Source: Mycobacterium leprae TN | GTDB taxonomy: Bacteria; Actinomycetota; Actinomycetes; Mycobacteriales; Mycobacteriaceae | Length of the DNA stretch: 32,000 nt | Direction: 5' to 3' | Assembly (NCBI RefSeq): GCF_000195855.1 | Contig: NC_002677.1 | Location: 2,760,001-2,792,000, forward strand | In this document: positions 22,700 to 30,911 of the stretch, in pieces | Position numbering within the stretch: the stretch's first letter is position 1 | How the letters are laid out: each line of letters starts with the position of its first letter | Made by a program: the position numbers and the translations under genes | The notes under the pieces: generated by a model | Seen by the model: only the letters and a program-made list of their open reading frames with translations | The model's database searches: none | What the model was told of the DNA's origin: nothing

Positions 22700-23440
22700 C
22701 ACCCGACCGGTCTCTAGGAGGCCGTCAACCAGGTTCCAGGAGCTGGTATTACCCGCGGTGACATTGACACGTTAGCCGTTGCAATCCAAGAGCAATTCTT
22801 CGAATTCGATGGCGTGGTAGTCATCCAGGGCACCGACACGGTCAAGAAGACCGTATACAGTATATCTTCTGGCCTCATTCGCCAGACACGACAACCCATC
22901 GTGTTCACGGGCACAATGCGAGGCCCCAACCTAGCCAGCTACGACAGGCCCGCGAACGTTTTGGCGGCGATAAGTTCGTGGCTACCTGATCGTAATGGAC
23001 GACAAAATCCATGCCGCAGCCCGGGTAAGCAAAGCCCACACCACCCAGCAACGGCGCATTCGAATCGCCTAACAACGATCCAATCAGCTTAGTCATCGAA
23101 GGCAAACCTGTACTCGTTAATGTTCCACCCGCACGTTTCGTGGTACCTGCTACGCATCTCAGCGCCCCTCGGATCAGCATGGTTACCACCACGCTGGACG
23201 ACAACACCCGATCAATGCATGCACTACTTGCCACGAATGCAGGCCCCACCATTATACGGGTATACGGGCCGCTTTCTCCGCACAACAAGAGGAGAAAAGA
23301 TTATGAAACATGTTTTTGTCCAAGTTTTTCGACTGCAAGCAGCCAGCACGTGCGTAGCTCGGAACTAACTTTGGAAAGGGCCTTCAGCGTGGTATTCGAT
23401 AACAGCGAAGACTCCTTACGGAGTGTTGACCACATTTTGC
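22700..23440 (+). pseudogene. L-asparaginase/asparaginase-like pseudogene
   Basis: VVVIQGTDTVKKTVYSISSG...QPIVFTGTMRGPNLASYDRPANVLAAI, then LIVMDDKIHAAARVSKAHTTQQRRIRIA, then RISMVTTTLDDNTRSMHALLATNAGPTI, in different frames. Confidence 0.75.
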
Positions 23441-23629
23441 CAAAGCGTCAATGTCCGCTAGACCTAACATTCCGTCATTAATTGCCAGATTCAGCGAAAT
23501 CGATCTCGTAGGCACCTACAACAAAAGTAAAAACCCGGACTCCCCGGTGTGGAGCAAGGGCACTCGACCAACGTGGAAGCGTTCGATGGTGAAACCGTCG
23601 CCTATGAACCCGACCACAACTAGATACAA

Positions 23630-23657
23630 CCACATATCCACATCCACATATCCACAT
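23630..23657. repeat. perfect 2-copy tandem repeat of CCACATATCCACAT (14 bp), built from CCACAT hexamers
   Basis: Read directly: 23630-23643 equals 23644-23657. Confidence 0.93.
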
Positions 23658-24199
23658 CGCAATCGACATCAAAGAGCACTGAGCCAGCGGATACAACAGC
23701 AGCTATCCACTCGGCGCGAAAATCCAGTTTCTCACCGCAATGCTCGCTGTCGAAGTCGGCGATCCCATGGTGCCTTGGCGACTTGATGCTGAAATCTACA
23801 GTTTCCTGCTGCTTCACTTTGACGCAGCGTAGTCGCATGCCAACCAGGAGTGGCTGAAAAACGTTGCCGCTAAACACAACCGGTGAGTAGAGATAGAAAG
23901 ATTAAGACATCCGGTGTGCCATGCTTGGGGATCAACCTAGGCTGGTCCGCGAAACCGTCACCGGCTGCCACAGCAGCCCACCATGCGTGCACCATAAGTT
24001 ATCGCTCGCGAGGCGTGGCAGCAGACATGACTACGGTCACAAGTATTTTGCTATCCATCGGCGTGTTTCCCCCTGGTCCAGGGAAAAGAACGTACTATTT
24101 ACGCTGGTGGGTATCAGGACGACCAGCATCAACCCAAACATCCCAATCCTACACTTGCCGCTAGCTACACCAACAACTATCGGCTACACAGAACCGCAG

Positions 24200-25364
24200 A
24201 TAATTCCATCCTCGTTAAATAACGTTAAATAATAAGTCCCACAACGGTTTATTGGTTTCGGGTGGTGAAGGTTCCCGGGATAACATGAAGCCAACTGCCC
24301 ATTCAGCACACCCACGGTGGCATACTATACGGCGACAACAACATCCATCAGGACGGAGTCATAAGTACCCATAAATGGCATCACTACAAACGCCCAGGAC
24401 GCGCCAAAACCAAGCCGCACAACATAATACTTCGTCGGCTGAAACGATCCAGCCAGACTGGCGCCGGCACCACAAAAAGCGAACATCGACAACCCACCTA
24501 GCGCACCAACAATCAGGATCAGGTCCCCTAGATGGTTAAGTTCGAGGGCACGTAGTTCATTAAGATAAGTTCCCGACTACGAAGCTCAGCACGAATAGCC
24601 TGATCACGGAACCGACTGCAAGAACGACCTGTCGAAGCTGGATCCGGAAAAGTTCGGTTATGGAGGCGCAAGGCACGGTGACATCCTTCTGCTCATCCCG
24701 CTTACAGAACGCGAAAGCCGGGGTTCAGCGAATGTTCAGGCGCACGTAATAGAGCGACAATAACCAGTATAGCACTGGGCAGAAACGGCATCCACCAACC
24801 TCCATCTCATAGACGCGGGGCTGGTCTCTTCGTAGAGTGAAGTTGACGGCCAGCATAACCAGGTTGGCAAGCATAAGGCCCACACCAGCTGCCGAGTGGG
24901 ATGGCCATTCCTATAATGGTCGCATGTCTCCCGGCGCGTGTTAGGCAACTAGCCAGTGCCAATCCAGCCCATTCGCCACCGAACGCTATTGCCTGCAGCA
25001 GCCGCAACGTAAGCAAGATCAATTACGCCGGCCAAGCTGATGGTAGCCACGCCGGGGAGAAAACCCACCGCCACGGTGAAGAGGCCCATGATCAAACAAC
25101 GTTGCGACCAAAGTCGCTTCCCTACCAAGACGATCACCGAAGTGCCCCTCCTCAAGAAAAAATCCCGGCTAATAGCGGTGGGGAAAAGAACACCGCAGCA
25201 AACGTTGCCGGCGACGAAACTGTCGCCATTGCTGGCGCTAAGTTGGCAAAGAACACACTGGGGAACACCAGAACTACTACGGTGCCATTAGGGGAAATGA
25301 ATTGAGCGTTGTAAAACTCGATCGAAGAACCAACCCCAGGCGTTGTCAAGGCAACGCGCTTCAT
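24200..25364 (-). pseudogene. MFS transporter pseudogene, metabolite:H+ symporter-like
   Basis: Fragments in different minus frames: RVALTTPGVGSSIEFYNAQF..TVVVLVFPSVFFANLAPAMATVSSPATFA; IMGLFTVAVGFLPGVATI; LLTLRLLQAIAFGGEWAGLALASCLTR. Confidence 0.72.
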
Positions 25365-25432
25365 CCGGACCTGCTACAGGGGGCACTTAGCTCCCTATAA
25401 TATAGCACGCCGACGGGAATAAGTTTAGCATT

Positions 25433-25495
25433 GAAGAAGAAGAAGAAGAAGAAGAAGAAGAAGAAGAAGAAGAAGAAGAAGAAGAAGAAGAAGAA
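25433..25495. repeat. trinucleotide microsatellite (GAA)21 on +, (TTC)21 on -
   Basis: 63 uninterrupted nt of GAA counted directly. Corresponds to the established polymorphic TTC strain-typing locus of M. leprae. Confidence 0.97.
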
Positions 25496-25850
25496 CTCGC
25501 CGATGTCGTCTAAGTCGATTCGATCGAACCCAACGGATACGTCGTATGAGCCCAAAACGGGATGGTTTAGGTCCAGAATGCTTTCGCGACGGCGGCCGGG
25601 TCAAGTTGAGCAACCGCAACAAGCGGACGATGACACGTTACTTCCCTAGGCTGGTCGTGGCGATAACCGCAAAACTGCCTAAACGCTGCGTGATTGATGT
25701 TCAAGGTTTAAACATTTGGGATGTTGGAAACGAACTTCGTTGCCGGGGGTTGTGCATGCTTACTGCGCAGCAGCACCAGTCCATGCTTCTTGACCCGATA
25801 AGACAACATTCTGTTGATATTTCGGGCCATGAGTCACACCGCGGCTAACC
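25496..25850 (+). pseudogene. N-terminal fragment of an ATP-dependent DNA ligase pseudogene (LigC/Rv3731-like)
   Basis: SPMSSKSIRSNPTDTSYEPKTGWFRSR followed in another frame by CFRDGGRVKLSNRNKRTMTRYFPRLVVAITAKLPKRCVID. Resembles SPMLAK...YEPKWDGFR..CFRDG..VEL.SRN.RPMTRYFPELV..I...LP.RCVIDGE. Confidence 0.7.
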
Positions 25851-26429
25851 GAGCCCGTTATGCCTAAACCCCGTACCTACTCGTCGAACCACACCCTCGT
25901 ACGCCGTAAACTCGAGGAGTGTATCGCTGATAAGTGCACAAAACAGGTTCTGGGCAGAACATCGATCCGCACCTGGTCTCGAACGCCTGGCGTGATCTGC
26001 TCAGAGCGCAGAGAACTTTGAGACGCTGGCCGTTCCGGCCGGCTTACGTTGCCGCTGCCCCAGCCTCGACCGGTGGCAGCCAAAAGCAGGTCGTGATACA
26101 TGGCTGTGCGGGCTGCCCAGACCGTGGAACGAAGCTAGCAAGGATGTTAGAGTCCTCCTCAACATCGCGAGAGAAGGCCGGAGCGGAACCGTCCAGCGGC
26201 CCCTCCTACGAGGACAGGCGCATGACACCAAACCACTATGAAAACCGAGAAATTGCGCGGCTAAGATGCGAAAAACTTATAATCAATCTTTATTAGTATA
26301 GACATGAATTTGGCGAGCACCATACCTTTATGAGTTAGTGCAACCGCATATCTGGTCTGCGGTAAGCACACAAGTACACCCGGTTTTCCTTCTCACCAAA
26401 CCGGACGGTGTTCGCAGAAGGAGAGCCCG

Positions 26430-26740
26430 GCGAGCAACTTTATATCATCAAATCCAACTAAATTACGATTAGCCATAACTCTCCAGACAGAAATGAACAC
26501 CTAATGGCCATCCTGGGACCAGCCGAGGTGTTCGGCGAGCTTGAGGTCGTGGACCCCAGGCCACATGACTCGACCGCGGTCCGCAATCACGAAAGTGCAT
26601 ACGGACTGGATGGACCGCGAGTTTCTACACGCCTTGATCGCGAAGTCACTGAACATCTGTCGCGGGTATTGGCTGGCTGTCTGCAGTATACTTATGACGC
26701 ACTGGACAATCTAATCTTCAGTAAATGTGCCTGACTAGGT
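26430..26740 (+). pseudogene. Crp/Fnr-family transcriptional regulator pseudogene
   Basis: EPGEQLYIIKSN*ITISHNSPDRNEHLMAILGPAEVFGELEVVDPRPHDSTAV...EVTEHLSRVLAGCLQYTYDALDNLIFSKCA: cNMP-binding domain pattern with an internal TAA and no C-terminal HTH. Confidence 0.72.
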
Positions 26741-27095
26741 CGCTAAACAGCTACTGCTGCGGTCCCAGCGATTCGACACTCACGAAGGCCACGCATCCCG
26801 AATAACCGAACTTTGTTCATGGATGGATGTTCATGGAAAGATCACCTAACTGGCCAGTGCGTCGCATGAGGACATGATTTCGCGGACCGCGCCTGGACCT
26901 CAGCTTACCCGCCAAACCAGCTAACTTGGCTCAAACAACCACAATGCCTTCGGCAGCGACGGGGCAAAATTCTTAGCGCAGAATCATTTCGCTATTTGAC
27001 AAGAAATTGAGTCGACTTCTCCACTCTTAGAATCTGTTCGGAAGAAGTTCAGCGCATCAACAATCACGTTCAAGTCGGCGCCTGATCGACCTAGC

Positions 27096-28001
27096 TCAAT
27101 CCAGCCGGGCGTGTAAGTCGTACCACCCGGACAAGACGACCTCCATCGTCCATGTGACAACGCGCCGTCCGAACGGACGCTTGGTGAAATTCGACACCGT
27201 GCGATAGCTAGGCATCGGCAGTAGTCGTTGCAATGATCGCATCCCTTTGCCACCAAAGCCCCTAACATTGTAGCGGCGCTGTAGGACCTGTGCCTTCCGC
27301 ACGGCCTTATCTATCATCTCCCATCGAACAGGCAATTCTTCACCGAATAACCCGCTGCAGTGCTCTGTAAAATCAACGCCGACAAAGCAACCTTCTCTGG
27401 CCGGATTAGGCGGCTTATACCTCGAATGTTTGCGCTGATCCACGTAGGCGAAACGGCGGTATCCGAGCTCCCAGAGCACCGCAAGCTCCTCAAACGCTGC
27501 GTCAAATGCGCCCCCGGGAGAACTCACGTTCGATTCAATAGAGATGAAGTCCGGTAGATTGTCGGCTTGCTTCAGAGCGTGGACACAGAGCATGTCCAAC
27601 CCCTCGATGTCGACCTTGAGGTAATGGGGCACCCCAACTTCCTCAAGAACACTGGCGAACGTCCGAGCAGGTACATCGATGTAGTGGTATGTCACCCCCG
27701 CCACCGACTTATTACGCTCGATTATTGCAGGAGACATCGAAGTCCAAAGCGACTCTTCGTCACAGATAGCTAGCGGCAATGTGCCCTCCGTCTCGGCTAT
27801 AGCCTCCGGAAGGATTTGCAGCTGTCCAGACTCGATCTCTGATGCGAATCGAATACGGGCGGCATCAACAAGAACGGGATTCGCCTCTAACGCAACAACA
27901 TCAAAACCTTTGGCGAGATAGAACGCGGTGTCTTGTCCATTATGCATGCCAACGTCGATAATCAGGTTCGGACGCTTCATCAGGCTTCTCCATAATGCCA
28001 T
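27096..28001 (-). CDS. FkbM-family methyltransferase, probable PGL-1 glucose O-methyltransferase (ML2346c-like)
   Basis: 301-aa ORF: LIIDVGMHNGQDTAFYLAKGFDVVALEANPVLVDAAR, HYLKVDIEGLDMLCVHAL (FkbM SAM and acidic motifs). Locus assignment from recalled gene order. Confidence 0.88.
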   Translation of the reverse strand: MALWRSLMKRPNLIIDVGMHNGQDTAFYLAKGFDVVALEANPVLVDAARIRFASEIESGQLQILPEAIAETEGTLPLAICDEESLWTSMSPAIIERNKSVAGVTYHYIDVPARTFASVLEEVGVPHYLKVDIEGLDMLCVHALKQADNLPDFISIESNVSSPGGAFDAAFEELAVLWELGYRRFAYVDQRKHSRYKPPNPAREGCFVGVDFTEHCSGLFGEELPVRWEMIDKAVRKAQVLQRRYNVRGFGGKGMRSLQRLLPMPSYRTVSNFTKRPFGRRVVTWTMEVVLSGWYDLHARLD

Positions 28002-28323
28002 CCCCCTCCCCTAAAACTAATATATTAATATTATCGACAGACGGCCCGCTGTGAGCTATGATCAACATCACATAGCTGCGCGAGCGCATCGCTTCTGATC
28101 GAGGTTGACCACCACCGAGTCACCTGCCAAGGTAGCAGGATCGCTCCCTGTACGCACTGGCTCCACCTACAACATTACAATGGGGCATTCATGGCGGCCT
28201 GCTGGCGTAACGGCGCGCCCGGGGATACTCAAGTGTGCTATGATCTTAAAGAATTAGGCTCTAGTAGGCAATCTCGCTGAAACATTACATGGAATCAGAG
28301 TGTACAGTATTGAGCTGCGAAAA

Positions 28324-29310
28324 ATGGGCACGTTGGGTTGTGTCAAAATAATATCTAAGGAAAATGTGATTATAGTGGCAGCAAAAATTAGTTGGACGCT
28401 CCGATGCCTTGTATTTTTACTTCGCTTCGGGTTTGCATTTCTATTTTATTCAGGTATAGTAAATCCTATCATTATATGGCACGGATTTGCAGCCTTATTG
28501 CGTTATTTTCTGGTCAAGCAAGGAATTCCATCCGGTACTGCAAAACACTTGGCTCAGATCCGCGCCGAATTCGAAGAGCAATCAGTTCAAGGGCAGTTCA
28601 AAGAACTATACTTCGATATGACCGATCGGAATATCGTCGTGTGGAGCGACATCTTTTCAAGGGTCTTCGATCGTAAGGCACCTGTGCGAATCCTCGAAAT
28701 CGGATCATGGGAGGGTCGCTCAACCCTATTCTTGCTGACCTATTTTACCCAAGGGCACTTGACGGCCGTGGACACATGGGCCGGTAGCGATGAACACCAG
28801 CACAATGCACCGTCGGATTTGCGAAGCCTCGAAGCTCGCTTTGATAGCAATCTAACTCCGTGTGCAGCGCGGTTAACCAAGCGTAAGGGATCGTCGCTGC
28901 ACGTGTTGCCTCAACTGCTCGGAGAAGAACAGAAATTTGATGTGATTTATGTGGATGGATCGCACTTTGGTGACGATGTTTTAGCAGATGGTATCACCGC
29001 CTGGCGCCTGTTAGAGAAGGGCGGGATACTAATTTTCGACGACTTTTTATGGCCCGGCTATCTACGCGCGCGAGCCAATCCCGCATGGGCAATCAACCTG
29101 TTTTTGAAGTACCACGCAGGCGAATATAAAATTCTAAATGTTTCCTATCAAGTTATTTTACAGAAAAAATTAGTATTTAATGATCGCGTGCTAACTTCCC
29201 TCGCCACAGTCCAGTATGACGACCGTCGTCGATTTACTAAGGAGTTCATAAAGAATTTAAGTTCAGCCAGTCAAGTTATGAGCGGAAACATGCGGCCATT
29301 AGAGCGATGA
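28324..29310 (+). CDS. class I SAM-dependent methyltransferase, probable PGL-1 glucose O-methyltransferase (ML2347-like)
   Basis: ORF from 28300, alternative Met at 28324. VRILEIGSWEGRSTLFLLTYFTQGHLTAVDTW, FDVIYVDGSHFGDDVLADGITAWRLLEKGGILIFDDFLW typical of Methyltransf_24; hydrophobic N-terminus. Confidence 0.88.
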   Translation: MGTLGCVKIISKENVIIVAAKISWTLRCLVFLLRFGFAFLFYSGIVNPIIIWHGFAALLRYFLVKQGIPSGTAKHLAQIRAEFEEQSVQGQFKELYFDMTDRNIVVWSDIFSRVFDRKAPVRILEIGSWEGRSTLFLLTYFTQGHLTAVDTWAGSDEHQHNAPSDLRSLEARFDSNLTPCAARLTKRKGSSLHVLPQLLGEEQKFDVIYVDGSHFGDDVLADGITAWRLLEKGGILIFDDFLWPGYLRARANPAWAINLFLKYHAGEYKILNVSYQVILQKKLVFNDRVLTSLATVQYDDRRRFTKEFIKNLSSASQVMSGNMRPLER

Positions 29311-29500
29311 CACTGGCATGGGCTAACACGATCACCGTGTCCCTGCCGCTGCAGGATATGTCGACGTTTGATAGCCGAACTCTCATCGTGGATGCTGAAT
29401 CATTGAATACTCCGATTCGTCCGTGACAATATGCCATTGGCGTTCACGACACACACACAACACACGAACACTAAATTACGTGAAAGCAGTGAGACACTAA

Positions 29501-30766
29501 ATGAAATTTACTTTGGCTGCCAGCGGGTCTCGCGGTGATGTCGAGCCGTTCGCCGCGCTCGGTCTGGAATTGCAGCGCCGAGGCCATGAAGTTCGCATTG
29601 GTGTCCCCCCTGACATGCTTCGCTTCGTCGAGTCGGCCGGGCTGGCCGCGGTTGCCTACGGGCCGGATACCCAGGAGTTTCTGGCCCGCGATACCTATAG
29701 TCAATGGCGCCAATGGTGGAAAATTCTGCCGCCGATCAAAGCTCTGCAGCAACTCCGCCAAGCATGGGCGGACATGGCCACGGACTTGAAGTCACTGGCA
29801 GATGGAGCCGACCTGGTGATGACGGGCGTGGTCTATCAGGGGGTCGTCGCCAACGTCGCTGAGTACTACGGCATTCCGTTTGGAGTGCTGCATTTCGTTC
29901 CCGCACGGGTCAACGGCAAAATCATTCCTAGCCTGCCGTCGCCGTTAAATCGCGCCATACTCGCGACGGTCTGGAGAGCACACTGGCTCTTAGCGAAAAA
30001 ACCCGAAGATGCTCAGCGCCGCGAACTAGGCCTGCCAAAAGCAACCTCACTCTCGACACGACGGATCGTGAAACGAGGGGCGCTCGAGATCCAGGCCTAT
30101 GACGAGCTCTGCTTTCCTGGGTTGGCCGCAGAGTGGGCAGAATACGGTGACCGCAGGCCCTTTGTTGGCGCACTAACCCTAGAGTTACCGACGGCCGCTG
30201 ACAACGAAGTCTTGTCATGGATAGCTGCCGGGACACCGCCAATCTACTTCGGCTTCGGCAGCATGCCGATCGTATCACCAACCGATACGGTCGCGATGAT
30301 TGCCGCAGCCTGTGCGGATTTAGGGGAACGTGCGTTAATTTCCGTTAAACCTAAGGACTTAACCCAGGTGCCCAAGTTTGACCACGTCAAGATAGTGACA
30401 TCAGTAAGTCATGCGGCCGTATTTCCCGCCTGCCGCGCCGTCGTGCACCATGGTGGCGCCGGAACCACTGCCGCAAGCCTGAGGGCCGGAGTCCCAACAC
30501 TGATCCTCTGGATCTTTATCGAACAGCCGGTCTGGGCAGCTCAGATCAAGCGGCTGAAAGTCGGTGCAGGCCGGCGATTCTCCGCCACCACCCAAAGGTC
30601 ACTGGCCGCTGATCTCCGCACGATCCTTGCCCCGCAGTACGCTACCCGTGCTCGCGAGGTCGCGAATCGGATGAGCAAACCTGACGAAAGCGTTAACGCC
30701 GCTGCGGATCTGTTGGAAGACAAGGCCAGTCGGAATAAATCCAGAACTCGGTATCAGGACTGTTGA
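29501..30766 (+). CDS. MGT/UDPGT-like glycosyltransferase, probable PGL-1 terminal glucosyltransferase (ML2348-like)
   Basis: 421-aa ORF: MKFTLAASGSRGDVEPFAALGLELQRRGHEVRIGVP; C-terminal VVHHGGAGTTAASLRAGVPTLILWIFIEQPVWAAQI donor-binding motif. Confidence 0.93.
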   Translation: MKFTLAASGSRGDVEPFAALGLELQRRGHEVRIGVPPDMLRFVESAGLAAVAYGPDTQEFLARDTYSQWRQWWKILPPIKALQQLRQAWADMATDLKSLADGADLVMTGVVYQGVVANVAEYYGIPFGVLHFVPARVNGKIIPSLPSPLNRAILATVWRAHWLLAKKPEDAQRRELGLPKATSLSTRRIVKRGALEIQAYDELCFPGLAAEWAEYGDRRPFVGALTLELPTAADNEVLSWIAAGTPPIYFGFGSMPIVSPTDTVAMIAAACADLGERALISVKPKDLTQVPKFDHVKIVTSVSHAAVFPACRAVVHHGGAGTTAASLRAGVPTLILWIFIEQPVWAAQIKRLKVGAGRRFSATTQRSLAADLRTILAPQYATRAREVANRMSKPDESVNAAADLLEDKASRNKSRTRYQDC

Positions 30767-30911
30767 GGTCCCGTTCCGGCAACCGCACAGACGGCCCAGT
30801 CGGAGGCATCAGGGGCTTCCAATGACACCACAACAGGTCGTCTCGCACGGAGATGCCCTCGGCCCCGACCCCCGGGTGCAAGCCATTATCTACAACGGTG
30901 GACACTACACG

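Noticed and set aside
25361-25622. Minus-strand ORFs with poly-Phe (TTC) or poly-Leu runs
   Set aside because: Reverse readings of the same microsatellite.
25431-25649. 72-aa ORF starting with a poly-lysine run
   Set aside because: It is the (GAA)21 microsatellite read as AAG codons followed by frame-shifted ligase pseudogene sequence; not a credible protein.
10200-27000. CRISPR array, phage, transposase or M. leprae dispersed repeats (RLEP/REPLEP/LEPREP/LEPRPT)
   Set aside because: I saw no regular direct repeats with spacers, no integrase/transposase motifs, and none of the RLEP primer sequences I remember. A BLAST against the repeat consensus would be needed to exclude fragments.
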